From Octopus sinensis (Eukaryota): DNA of 64,000 nt. The stretch is from the NCBI RefSeq assembly GCF_006345805.1, contig NC_043006.1, positions 105,586,001 through 105,650,000 of the forward strand, written 5' to 3'. A program made the translations under genes and the position numbers. This document shows positions 49,164 to 61,826 of the stretch, in pieces. Each line of letters starts with the position of its first letter. The stretch's first letter is position 1. The notes below the pieces were generated by a model. It searched no databases, had not been told where the DNA came from, and saw only the letters and a list, made by a program, of their open reading frames with translations.

Positions 49164-49250
49164 CATACATACATACATACATACATACATACATTCACAC
49201 ATACATACATACATACATACATACATACATACATACATACATACGTACAT
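48495..49250. repeat. ~750-bp (CATA)n microsatellite with variant units
   Basis: Direct observation. Confidence 0.98.
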
Positions 49251-49462
49251 GCATACAAAAATACCCTGTTGATGTTGTTGAACTTCCAATGAAGGATCCT
49301 TGGATCTAGGTTTGAAACCGGCTCGTTCTGAATTGGCAAGAAATCTTGAAATAAAATTGAATAATGACATACATAAATACATACTTACATACATACACAG
49401 ATATATCACCCTCTTTATCGTCGTCGCCGCCATCTTCCCCTCCTCCTCCTCCTCCTCATCAT

Positions 49463-49493
<31 letters not shown>

Positions 49494-50065
49494 AGCAGCG
49501 CCGTCCGTCATGCTCAGTAATACGTTACACGCTCTCAACGAGGCCCCCGTGCACTCTACTTCTGTACACTTGCTACTGTTTTTTAGCCCTTAGTCAGCTC
49601 TGATTGGGCGAATTTCTGATCAAAAAACATTCCGCCTGCGTCCATCCTGTTTTTTTTAAAGATTATCTAGGATTACAATATTTAATCTTTCCTTCCTATT
49701 TTACTTTTATAGACACATGAGAGAGATTTGGCTGTTATATCTAGCAAGTCATATGGGACCCTCCTTGTTGATTCTTGTGGTGACACCTTTCGCCACTTCC
49801 TCTTTATCATCATCATCATCATCATCATCGTGAGAAACATTGGCATCATTGCCTCCCCCTCCTCCTTATCATCATCATCATTATCATCATTACAACTAAA
49901 AGAATGAGTTAATTAGTTATTGCTAATATTTATAACATCTGTAATTAGGTTAATCCTAATTGTTATGATAGCTTTAGTTACATTAGTACTAGTGGTTATG
50001 TCAGTAATGTTAATGCTAATAATTATGATGTTTTTTCTTTTTTTTTTTTTTTAAGTTACGAAAAT

Positions 50066-51355
50066 GTGGAGGTGCAATGGCCCAGTGGTTAGGGCAGCAG
50101 ACTCGCCGTCAGAAGATTGCGGTTTCGATTCCCAGACCGGGCGTTGTGTGTGTTTATTGAACGAAAACACCTAGGAGGTAGTGGCGACCCCTGTTGTACT
50201 CTTTCGCCACAGCTTTCTCTCTCTTCCTGTTTCTTGAGTAACGCTACGATGGACTGGCGTCCCGTTCAGCCGGGGGAACACATACGCCACAGAAACCGAG
50301 AAACCGGGCCCATGAGCCTGACTAAGCTTGAAAAGGGCGAAAAGAGGAGCTACGAAAATGGTGACTGTTTTGATGTCTGTTTGTGCGATAGAACTAGTTC
50401 AATCCTGTTTGTAGTTGCGTGCTTTTTTATAACTCGGATGTCTCTTGTTAAAAATAAATAAAACATAGGATCAAAGATCCTTCTCGAACTATAGGCTCAT
50501 AAGGCAGGTTTCCCCGATTCTGTGGCGTATTCCACGCTCAGACACGACGCCGGTCCGTCGCAGGATTACTCAATTTTGCCAGCTGAGTGAACAGGAGCAA
50601 TGCTCAAGAACACAATAGATCGCTCAGTCCAGGAATCGAAACCACAATCTTACGATCAAGAGTGCAACACCCTGGCAACTAAGCCATGTCCCTCCACACG
50701 TCTGTTGTTACGGTATTACTAATTGTTATATTTGTAGTTATAGAAGTACTAATTATTATAACGTGGAGAGACATGGCCTAGTGGTTAGAGCAGCGGACTC
50801 GCGGTCGAGGGATCGCAGGTTCGAATCTCAGACCGGGCGATGTGTGAAACGCCTAACCTCCATGCGGCTCCGGCAGAAGGTAATGGCGAATTTCTGCTGA
50901 CTCTTTCGCCACAGATTTCTTTCACTCTTTTCTCCTGCATTTTGCAGCTCACCTGCGACGGTTCGGCGGCCCGTCCAGGTGGGGAACCTATACGCCAAGG
51001 AAACCGGGAAACCGGCCCTATGAGCCAGGGATGGCTCGAGAAAGAACAAACAACAATTGTTATAACATATGTTGTAACAGTACTTTCAATACGATATTTG
51101 TAGTTACTCTGCAATTAATCATTATACAATCGGCTGTTGAGGCGGTGAGCTGGTAAAATCGTTAAGGAGTCGGACAAAATGCTTAGCGGTATTTCTTAGG
51201 ACTCTTAACATTCTGAGCCCAAATGCATCCGAGGTTGACTTTGCTTTTCATTCTTTTGGAGGGGCGATAAAATAATTACCAGTTGAACATTGGGTTTGAT
51301 TTAATCGACTATTTCCCTCTCTTAAAATTTCAAGCTTTGCGCCTACAGTGGAAGT
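50066..51355. mobile_element. SINE cluster: family B with V-domain-like tail (50066-50350 +, 50764-51040 +), family B head (50545-50700 -), family C (51140-51355 +)
   Basis: tRNA A/B-box heads; shared (T)GCGA(T/C)GG..GGCG.CCCGT.CAG..GGGGAAC..ATACGCCA..GAAACCG.GAAACCGG.CC tail. Confidence 0.8.
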
Positions 51356-51899
51356 ATTATGATGTTTGTAGTTACATTAATGTTGAGTTATGATGTCTAT
51401 GGTTTCGTTAACCCTAATAGTCGGGATCTGTGTCGTGGCTGTTATACTAACAGCTATGATGTTCTTAGTTAAAGTAGTACTAATAGCTATGATGTTTGTC
51501 CGAGCCATAAATCATATACAAACACCACATTACTAATTCTTTTGTCACTTTTGCTTCAAACGACATTTATATTCTAATTTTATTTGTCTTGCATGATTTA
51601 AATAATCTTCACGTCTATCCTACCCTTTCCCTCTTTCATGCTACTTCCGGTCTGCTTCTCCCGCCCTACTCTAGAACGCTCTGTCTCCACCGCCTCATTA
51701 TATTTCTGAGTCCGAGGCTTCCTTTTTGTATTAGTGTCTTTTACTAATCATTCTTTTTTTCCTTTTCTTTCTTTCTTATCCTTTTCTTTATTTAGTGCTT
51801 TCTTTTTATCTTTTTATTTTCTGCTTGTCTTTCTTTCTTTCTTTCTTTCTTTCGTTTCCAGTCGTTTCTTATAAATTAGACGTCTGTGCGTCTTTAAAT

Positions 51900-53400
51900 T
51901 CTTGACTACAAAAGTCTTTGATTCCGGTTCTCTAATTCTCCGTCTCCCATATCAATGTTTACACTCTCCCCACCCGCGATACTCAACTGATTGTTTCACA
52001 CCTAAATCCACCCACAATTTTTCGCTTTCACCCTACATCCTGCAGCAGTACTCTACCAAACGACACGAATTTAATGAACGAACATTGGAGTCTCAACGAG
52101 ATCATTTGACCTGCTCGAAACAACAGCCAGCGAGATCATTCGACCTACTCAAAACAGCAGCCAAAGAAGACTACCGTAAACAAAGTGACCTATTTTACGT
52201 TCAACTTTGGGTTTCATTGGGTACAAACTCTCAAATACTAGTTGTATCGAAAACTCAATCCGACTTGCCAACCTCTCTCACCTACGTCACGCTTTAACAG
52301 GCAGAAACCTCCGTTTCCTGATAATTCCACCTCTGTCTTCAAAGTCGTCTCTTATGTATCAGTTAAATCTAAATACTAAATACCATTATTCTTGGATTAT
52401 CATGCAAGGTAGGGCTGCTCACTCTGGTTTTAAGCCGCTCACTCAACTTTGCACTCAACAAATGCCAGTCAAATGTAGAATTCTGGACAGGTAGAAATTT
52501 TGATGCTTATAGTAGGAGATGAGTGCACAACCTCTCATAGACTTGTATTTGAGGCTTTTGTGCACAGCCTAGAATATCTCAGAGGTAACAGCAACATAAT
52601 GATGGAATTACAGTCTGGTTCTCTGGTGTCACCCTCAAAGGTTATTTCCATTGATGAACACAGAGCATTCCCCCCCAAAATCATATATTTGAAAACGAGG
52701 AGAAAATTGAATCTCTTGACCAATATGAAAGTTACTGTTAACTGAGGTGACTTAGCAGCTTAGTTTGTCAAATTTATAATTCAGCTGGGCAAGGACCAGT
52801 TAGTAGTTAGTAGCTGACTACTGTCCAGAGCAAAATGACATTGAGAAGAATATTAATGCCGCTCTCATTCAACAGTTACCAAATCAATCCAGGTGGTACA
52901 GGTCAGTTTATACTATAGTTGATGTCAACTGACCAACAGAATATTTCAATTCTCCGCAGCAAACTTGTGGCCCGCTTTACACTCAGCAACTCAAAGTAAC
53001 TGGACTTACTATGTTGCATCGGAATTTTGATGCACTAAACTCTAAGTTATAGGAGAGATTTTGACCGCAAAAAATCATTTTAGATGTTCTTCAAGAAATT
53101 CAATATACGCTATCAAATGTCAAGGATCTAATGAAGATTATATAGGTCACACAAAGCTTACTCTAAGAAACAGACTGACAATAGAGCGACAACAAATACA
53201 AGACCCCAGTACTAGACAGGTTTCCCTGAGTGGACACATAGATATATATACAAAAGTCCCCCAAATTCCAGGTCTTCTCCCTCTAAGTTCAGTGAATATC
53301 ACAGATGAAGCACGGATAAACAAAGAAAATACTTTCATACAAAAGTACGAACCAGCTTAACAAACTGTAACTGAGTATATACACAAATAACTATTCGCAC
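51900..53400 (+). mobile_element. Penelope-like element remnant (GIY-YIG domain at 53061-53360)
   Basis: FRCSSRNSIYAIKC..EDYIGHTKLTLRNRLTIERQQIQDPSTRQVSLSGHID..RINKENTFIQKYEP; the upstream extent is uncertain. Confidence 0.75.
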
Positions 53401-53754
53401 ACAAAACTCATTCTGCCACTTAACGTGAGGAACCTCCACAGCTAACAACCTAAACTTTAGTCACTGGACTATATACAAACGACTCCTGTGCACTCGCCCA
53501 TTTGGCAGATTAAATTTAGAGTGCCTTGATTGTAACAAAACATGTTCACTAAACCGTGTCGCAAAATATACTGTCACGTGACACTAACGCACGGACGTAG
53601 CGGGAAACGCACAAAAGTTTTAGGCTTAATCACATGTTTATTCTCTACAAACACTTAACAGAAAACATTCAGAGTATTGATTGTTTGGTACTGTCACTAG
53701 ACATGCTAAGTCAACCATGTCAAGCTTAACTTACGACGCCAGACATTAACATTA

Positions 53755-54010
53755 TCATCATCATCATTGTTCGACCATGGTCGAGACAATGGAATTTACC
53801 ATGCTACGCCAGACTTCACGGTCCATCATAGCATTACGGAGGTCCTGTTGCTGGATGCCTGTATCCCTGGAGATTACATCAGAGTAGGAGAGTATCACTT
53901 GATTCTAGCACACGGGCGTAGCGGGGAACCTACGAAAATTTCTAAGACCAGTCATGTGACTATCCTTTACCAATCGACTCCTATTCAAAACATATATTAA
54001 TTTGAGCCCT
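53755..54010 (-). mobile_element. RTE-type LINE 3' end with (GAT)n tail
   Basis: Minus-strand LSYSDVISRDTGIQQQDLRNAMMDREVWRSMVNSIVSTMVEQ followed by (GAT)n. Confidence 0.7.
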
Positions 54011-54209
54011 GAACTCCCTATAAAAATTGAACAAGCTCCAACCACTACGCAGAAGCAAGACAGCCGCGACATAAGCCACATCTTTCTATTTCAAATTTTT
54101 CAAAATCAGTGAAACTAGTTGAATCTTTGAATATAATAAAAATTATTTTAACTATTCTCAGTGCATTTTCAACTTCTATTTTTCCTATACACACACGCAC
54201 ACACATACA

Positions 54210-54241
<32 letters not shown>

Positions 54242-54253
54242 TACATACATACA

Positions 54254-54319
<66 letters not shown>

Positions 54320-54320
<1 letters not shown>

Positions 54321-55716
54321 CCTGTAATTCGGGACGGTCATTTTTTTGCCAAATAAACACACGCACTATATATATTCGTCCTTCACTCGTTTATTACCCT
54401 TTTTAACTCATATCCATTGTTCAGAAATCTTTCGTCACATACCTGTGACCTCTTCAGTGACACTTTCCGTCCTCGAGTGTGCTCCTACTCTGCTTAGCCC
54501 ATTCTGTTCTTCTATGAGGTATATCCTTATATGCGCATGCGTTTGCGTCTGTTTTGTGTATGTGTGTGTGTGTACAGGTGTGTGTGAGTGTGTCGTTATT
54601 CTTAGTAGTACTATGACCCTCCCATCACCCCATCTCCTCTCTTGTTGCCATTGTTGCTGCCCTTGACCCCAACTTTTGGTAACGTTCCTGTATCCCTCTG
54701 TGTTTGTGTGTTTGCCCACTCTTCTGCCATTGTGGTAGCTGTTGTTGTTGCCGTTGTTGGTGTCGTTGTTGATGTTGAAGTGATCGTTTGTGAAGTTACT
54801 GTATGTGTGTTTCTGTGTGTATATGGGTTCGATTATTATGTTGTTTATATCTGTGCCTGTTATAATTTTTTGTGCTTACCTGTTTAACTCTATTTCTCAT
54901 ATTATCACAGCGTGTGCATATTTGTCCGTTGTGCGTATTACATGGTTTGTATCTGTTTATTTTTCTCCCTTCTGTCTTTAGTCGTCATGTTGTGTGGTAT
55001 GGTGGTGGGTGTTATTGTTCCATTCGTGCTTTCTGTTGAGGATCGGCCTGTCTATTGCTATGTGTGTAGCCTCTGTGATCTGTGTAAGCGTCCTGTTAGT
55101 TCTATACGTTGATAATCCCTTGACCTCTAAGTTATTAACTTAGCCTCTATGTTCTACTTGATCATATTGGTAGAGCAATGACAAACCTTTCTCCTCTTTG
55201 AGCTTCCGCCAGTGTTTACCTATAAGCTCCTCTATGCTACAAGCTGTCTCTCCAATGTAAGTAGTTATTTTCTTTCTGCACATTCCCCCAGTACATCATA
55301 AGCTATACACTGTATTCCTAACCTTACAGTTAACCTGTGGGTTCATCCTACGTACTATACAATAGTTCTCCGTACTTGGGGACCAATCGAAGGAATAAGT
55401 TCTACAGATCAGGGATTTTATAGGGGCTCCAGACCTTTCTACTACTTTAACCTGTAGATTAGCTATATCTTATGCTTTTCTAAAAAGGTATGCTAGTTCG
55501 CCGCCAGGGGTAGCATCAACGTATATGACAATCTGGTATTTCTTCGTATTGATGCCATACTATGAATTGGCCTAATCTATCTTTTTTCTGGTCCTTTCTG
55601 TGCTGCTCCAGGATTTACTCCTGTATGGCGGGTCGATTCCCTTTGTATCACTCTTTGATGGCTTTGTACTTAGTTCGAGTTCCTTTGTACACTCTAATTC
55701 TGTCCCTTTACATATA
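54320..55716 (-). mobile_element. Penelope-like element 3' part (RT C-terminus, GIY-YIG, pLTR with hammerhead), ending at (TA)n
   Basis: VIYVDATPGGELA..VKVVERSG; NCKVRNTVYSL*C..YIGETACSIEE; LTQITEATHIAIDRPILNRKHEWN; the 5' side is cut by the mariner at 55719. Confidence 0.85.
54418..54462 (-). ncRNA. PLE-associated type-I hammerhead motif
   Basis: TGTCA CTGAAGA G GTCACA GGTA TGTGAC GAAA GATT TC TGAACA: perfect 6-bp stem II, extra G after A9, near-palindromic stem III; same strand as, and ~550 nt downstream of, the GIY-YIG remnant. Confidence 0.75.
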
Positions 55717-56340
55717 TACGAGGGGGTACCCAAAAGAAATCGGAATTTAGCAACATTATTTTATTTACTTAGTTTTAGATGTTTACACATTTATCGCCTT
55801 CAGAGTATTCTCCATTTGAAGCAATGCATCGGCCCTGATGCATTTTTCACGATTCGAAGCAGTGCTGGAACTCTTGCGAAGTGTTGCCTTTTAACGCCTC
55901 AATCGTTTTCCCTTCACCTCTTCCACATCTGCAAGACATTTTCCTTTAAGAACTTTTTTCATTCGGGAAAACAGAAAAACGTTGCTGAGAGCAAGATTAG
56001 GCGAATAGGGAGGGCGGATAAGCGAGGTTATAGGGAGGGCGGATAAGCGAGGTTAGGCCGTTTTTGGCAAAAACAGTCTTACGCTCAAGGCTGTTCGCAC
56101 AGGAACACTTCTCGCTCAAAATTCGTTGGCAGGAGCTCCAGGATACACCAGTCGTATCAATAAGTTCGTAAATTATTCAGCGACGGCCCTCCAAGTTCAG
56201 TTCATGAATTTTTGTGATGTTTTCATTCGTGCGGTAGGTCACCGTGAACAAGATTGGTCTTCAAGCGACAAGTGACCATTCCTAAAACGTGAAAACCACT
56301 CGTAAACTTGCGTTTTGCTCATGGCAGCGTCCTTGTAAAC

Positions 56341-56526
56341 TATTAACAGTTCTCTCTTAACTCGTATTCATAAACGCATCATATACCAGGGGGTGCTAAA
56401 ATATTCCTGGTTTTAAGGGTCTCGCGAAAGGCCCGGTTGGAGGCCCAACTTTCCGAGTTCTTTTTCGGGGATTAGAAAGACTGAATGACTGTTGCAATAA
56501 GTGCATGGACCTGTGAGGGTAATATT
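56341..56526. other. Inverted templated copy of 57270-57461 inserted into the mariner CDS
   Basis: First 45 nt are identical to DNA flanking the MITE; the remainder has about 12 differences in ~145 nt; splits the TLQ / VYKD codons; microhomologies TTCAA and TTAATAG at the junctions. Confidence 0.85.
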
Positions 56527-56797
56527 TGAAGCGTAACAACTGTTTCGGCCGCCGTTTTCTCCAACAGAAAATAGAATTTCACGGAAGCATACTTTTCCTT
56601 CATTTCAGCAATCGCAACAATTGAACAGGAGAGAAGCACTGCAAAACAAAGACGCACCACGTGACAGTACGACTTCACCCGACGACGCCGGCTGACAGAC
56701 TGATGCCTGAGGGTCACATCAAATGGCATCTAACAGCGGTAGCCTGAACTTCAACGGGCTTGTCTCACAGAGAACGCTTCCGGTTACTTTTGGGTAC

Positions 56798-57161
56798 TTA
56801 CTTGTACTTGTGGTGACATTCACCCTGGGCGGGTTGAGTTGGCTTCTTCTACTCATGGAAGAAGTTTCGTGGGAATATGTGGATTTCACAAGCGGTCCCC
56901 AACAATCCCGCATGTGGAGACATCCTGTTTGCCGCAGATTGTCCGCAGACGCAGGGGCAGAACGACCGAGGAGCCGCCGGTTGCCGAAACAGACACTCCG
57001 AGGATTTTCGCCAGAGCCCCGTCTGCCGGGTTGTGGCCCCAATACCACTCTGTGTCAGACCAATCCGCCTTGGGTGGCCCTACCAGGAACCGAAGTTCCC
57101 GACGGCATAGCTCTGACACTACCCGTTGCCAGCGTCCCCACCACGGTGAGGAGGGGATGGA
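56798..57161 (-). mobile_element. 364-bp RTE-like non-autonomous retroinsertion with a 10-bp TSD, inside the mariner TIR
   Basis: TTTTGGGTAC at 56788-56797 and 57162-57171; minus-strand tail CAAGTACAAGTAA; GGGCCACCCAAGGCGGA resembles RTE/BovB-type 5' sequence (from memory). Confidence 0.6.
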
Positions 57162-57194
57162 TTTTGGGTACCCCCCACTTCGTATATATACACT

Positions 57195-57419
57195 TACGAG
57201 GTGGTACTGAAAAGTTTCTAGCTTTAAGTATGAGAAAAAGTACAGGAGGATGAGTTAATTATGATTTTATTCAACATATTACCCTCACAGCTCCATACAC
57301 TTATTACAACAATCATTCAGTCTTTCTAATCCCCGTAAAAGAACTCAGAAAGTTGGGACTCCAACCGGGCCTTTCGCGAGACCCTTAAAACCAGGAATAT
57401 TTTAGCCCCTTCCTCGTAT
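57195..57419 (+). mobile_element. Mariner-derived MITE (same family as 7110-7331)
   Basis: TACGAGGTGGTACTGAAAAGTTTCTAGCTTTAAG ... CTTAAAACCAGGAATATTTTAGCCCCTTCCTCGTA. Confidence 0.85.
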
Positions 57420-57688
57420 ATGATGCGTTTATGAATACGAGTTAAGAGAGAACTGTTAATAGAATCGCCCACAGGAATGCAACCATATGTCTGTCGAATG
57501 CCAGAATACTGCGGGCGTCTGGTAAACTACGCATGTTTCGATTGCCTTAGTTCATGCGAACAACAACGACTATTAAAACACTAGCATCAACATCAACCGC
57601 AGTACCAGCAACGATCACAACCGTATGATGATGATGATGATGATGATGATGATCATTATCATCATCATGATCATCATCGTCGTCATCA

Positions 57689-57730
<42 letters not shown>

Positions 57731-57961
57731 GCAGCAGCAGCAGTAACAACAACAGCAACAACAATAACAACAACAACAACAAAACAGCAACGACAACAAT
57801 GGCGAACTCCAAAGTACGATGCTGTATTTTATATTTTATAACATTTCAAAGCTAACAGGAAATAGATGAGATCAAAACATGATTTTCTTTACTGTCAGGA
57901 CTTTTGTCTTAAGAGTGGATCATATTCAAGAGTCGGAAAGAGAAGATATAGATTAAGGGAA

Positions 57962-57998
<37 letters not shown>

Positions 57999-58055
57999 TA
58001 GATAGATAGATATAGATAGATAGATAGATATAGATAGATAGATAGATAGATAGAT

Positions 58056-58114
<59 letters not shown>

Positions 58115-58123
58115 TAGATAGAT

Positions 58124-58154
<31 letters not shown>

Positions 58155-58308
58155 TAGATAGATAGATATAGATAAATAGATAGATAGATAGGTAGATAGA
58201 TAGATAGATAGATAGATATAGATAGATAGATAGATATAGATAGATAGATAGATATAGATAAATAGATAGATAGATAGGTAGATAGATAGATAGATAGGTA
58301 GATATGTT

Positions 58309-58467
58309 TCTTTATTAGCCACACAGGGCTGCACACAGATAGAACAAATTACAAGGTAGAGCTTTTCTTTTGAAGGTATTAAAAAAAAAAAAAAAAAAAA
58401 AAGAAGGGGGAGGTTCGATCAAAAGGGATCGTAAAAGGAGAGAAAGAGGACAAAAATAAGGGGGGTT

Positions 58468-58498
<31 letters not shown>

Positions 58499-59363
58499 AG
58501 AGGAAAAAAAAAATGATCAATAGGGATCGTTATCACAGAAATGTCAATATGAAGTGTAAAGGGGAGGACAGGTGAGGTTTACCCGTGGAAAGAAAAGCCT
58601 GCGGAAAAGACCACGGTAACCTCGGTCAATGAAGTCACATTTTATATTTCTTTTTTTTTTTTTTTTTTTTTTGCAAATAAGCAACTCTCTGTTTTCGATT
58701 TCTGGGTTCATAGGACTATGCTCAAGGTGGCTTCGTCATTCATACGTGCCATTCTTGCTACATTCACCCATCTTTTTTTAAAACATTCGCTAGACAAAAC
58801 TTGCCTCTCTACTCTCACTTTCCTTTTCAAGTGGTACTTGAAGAAGTTGATGAGAGATTGACCAGAGAGGAAAGTGTTTGTCTCCAATCCTTTCAGACGC
58901 GTCCACCAGATACATTCTTTCGCCATAGCCACAAGGATGATGAAAATAGCTCTTCCTTCCCGTTTGAAGGAAGGAGGCGTGACAATATTGACGATAGACT
59001 CAGCTGATAAACCGACTCGTCCCACACGTGACAGCAGTTGTTCGACATAAGCCCACAGGTCGGAAATTGTTGGACACTGAACGAGTGCGTGCAGAACGGT
59101 TTCGTCGCTCTGACCGCATCTCGGGCAGGTCGGCCCCGTGTTTCTCGAGCCGTGTCTGTAGAGCTTATCCCGAACGGGTAGCGCTTCTCGGTAGCACTGC
59201 CAGGCCAGGGATCTCTGGAAGTTGTCCATGGGCCCTGGCCCGAAAGTCGTCCCGAACAGGCGGGCCAGGTACTCCTCGTCGACGTCCAGGTTCGCCCCGA
59301 GCTCGTCGTCGTACCTCCCCTCCACTAAACCCCTATAGAATGCTTTGGTTGTGTTGAAGTCAC
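58309..59363 (-). mobile_element. 5'-truncated Tx1-type LINE flanked on both sides by (TATC)n
   Basis: Uninterrupted ORF2 C-terminus 59363-58708 (DFNTTKAFYRGL..CPRCGQSDETVLHALVQC..LSIVL*), closely related to 38826-39477; 3' end GCCCTGTGTGGCTAATAAAGAAAC; (GATA)n on plus at 57985-58305 and 59364-59545. Confidence 0.95.
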
Positions 59364-59431
59364 TTAGATAGATAGATAGATAGATAGATATAGATAGATA
59401 GATATAGATAGATAGATATAGATAGATAGAC

Positions 59432-59472
<41 letters not shown>

Positions 59473-59473
59473 C

Positions 59474-59535
<62 letters not shown>

Positions 59536-60122
59536 ACAGACAGATAGAGATTATATGCAGAAATATATAAAAAAGAGAATAATATAAAATGAAATGCAGT
59601 AAATAGTAAAGGAAGAAAAGAAAAATGAAAGAAATATGGCGCCGTCTGATCAGAAATGAGTGATATAACACACACGCACACACACATATACACGTATATA
59701 TAATATATATATAATATATATATATATATATGATATATATATATATAATAATATATATATATATATATATAATAATATATATATAATATAATATAATATA
59801 ATATGATATATATATATGCATACATACACGTATATGTTTGTATATATGTATATAAGTATAGATATACATATATAATTATATATAGACATATATATGTTTA
59901 ACCAAATACGTTTATACATATACGTACATATGTACGTATGTATAACCACGCATGTGCATATATATACATATATATATAAACATATGCACATGCATTTACA
60001 CAAATGCACACATACATATATACATACACATGCATATATATATGTATATATATATATGTATGTGTGTGTGTGTGTGTGTGTCTACACACACACAGACATA
60101 AATATGTATATGTATATATATT

Positions 60123-60192
<70 letters not shown>

Positions 60193-61016
60193 GGAGGACG
60201 AGAGAGAAAGAAAGGTAGGATGACTTAGAAAGAGAAAACAACGTTGAAAGCACGTTGGAAGGAAGGATGATTTTGATATTCATTAATGGAAAAAGTATTG
60301 TTTGGAAGAAAGAGAAAACAAAGAAGAACAATGAGGAAGAAGAGAAAAAAGATCTGAAGATACGGCATTCATTAAAGATGCACATAAACTTTATATATAC
60401 ATATTTTCCTTTCATTGTTATTCAGGGATCTTAAGTATTTCTGAAGCGTCTTATTGATATTGTAACGAATCGGGTGTGATCATTCATGTAAATGTGATAA
60501 TCTAAGTTTACACACGAACCTCAGACAAACCAACGGCTTTTCACAATTCTTTATTTTTTAGTTTTGGGTTTTTGCTTTTGTCTAATCCTTCTTGCTTTGG
60601 TATGATAATAATGGTTAAAAATCCTGGTTACTTATAACAGAAGCATCTCGACTGAGTAGCTTGAATTTAAATAAAAACACTCAATGACTTGATGCGCTTC
60701 TATACCAATTCCTTCCTAGTTCTTTTTATCTCTTAATCAGCTTGATGTTGCCAAGTTGTTTCGCACAATCATTCATTCGTTCGTTAGTCGTGGTTTTATG
60801 GTGTATATGTCTTTTTTTTTCTACGGATATCACCCAGTTTTACAACATTCCGGATACCATATCCGCTTCTCCTATTATTTGGTTTCCCATCTTGTGTGTA
60901 TTCAATATTTTGTTCTGCGGATATTTAAGGTCTTAAAAACATTATCTTGCTTTACATTTTGGTATCCAAAGAAAATAAAAGAGAAGCAAATACAAACACC
61001 AAATGCTATTCTTCTT

Positions 61017-61088
<72 letters not shown>

Positions 61089-61425
61089 CTTGATCGTCAT
61101 CATTTATGATCATAAGGATGATGATCAGTGCGATCCTGTATCTGTTGCAGATGAAGATATTGATTTTGATCATCATCGTGATCACGATGATGATGATGAT
61201 GATGATGATCATCATCATCAGCAGTAGCACCATTATCATCATCATCATCATTTACAATCAGCAGCACCATCGCCAACACTAGCACCAAAACCACCACCAC
61301 ATCAACTACTACAGTTAGGAATTTCAAACTTCCGGGGTGTGATATAGTAAACTATACCATTATTAGGCAGTGCCTCAGTTTGCTTCAGTTTGCTGGTTGT
61401 TAACCACCATTATAATATATCATAT

Positions 61426-61598
61426 AGGAGTGGCTGCGTGGTAAGTAGCTTCCTTACCAACCACATGGTTCCGGGTTCATTCCCACTGCGTGGAATCTCG
61501 GGCAAGTGTCTTCTACTATAGACTCGGGGCAACCAAAGCCTCGTAAGTGGATTTGGTAAACGGACACTGAAAGAAGCCTGTCGAATATATGTATATAT

Positions 61599-61631
<33 letters not shown>

Positions 61632-61826
61632 ATATGTTTGTGTGTCTGTGTTTGTCCCCCCAACATCGCTTGACAACCGATGCTGGTGTGTTTACGGCAA
61701 AAGAGACAGATAGAATAAGTACTAGGCTTACAAAAAATAAGTCCTGGGGTCGATTTGCTCGACTAAAAGGTGGTGCTCCAGTATGGTCGCAGTCAAATGA
61801 CTGAATCAAGTAAAAATGTGAAAGAG
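61426..61826 (+). mobile_element. tRNA-derived SINE, family A (partial second copy at ~62120-62280)
   Basis: AGGAGTGGCTGCGTGGTAAGTAGC head through CAAATGACTGAATCAAGTAAAA tail. Confidence 0.9.

Larger units (their letters stand above)
55719..57185 (-). mobile_element. Internally deleted mariner with two nested insertions
   Basis: TIR CGAGGGGGTACCCAAAAG at 55719; the other TIR is split between 56779-56797 and 57162-57185; MKEKYASVKFYFLLEKTAAETVVTLQ, VYKDAAMSKTQVYEWFSRF and PPYSPNLALSNVFLF fragments. Confidence 0.85.

Noticed and set aside
49410-49570. PPPPPPHHHHHHHHQQQQQQRRPS ORF resembling a transcription-factor region
   Set aside because: Explained by a triplet ladder; no domain or splice support.
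56877-57110. PACGDILFAADCPQ, zinc-knuckle-like peptide on plus
   Set aside because: Lacks the first Cys and the His; the segment is better explained as a minus-strand retroinsertion with TSD and tail.
60461-60640. TGTAAC...ATAACA segment resembling a solo LTR
   Set aside because: No target-site duplication, very short, no second copy.
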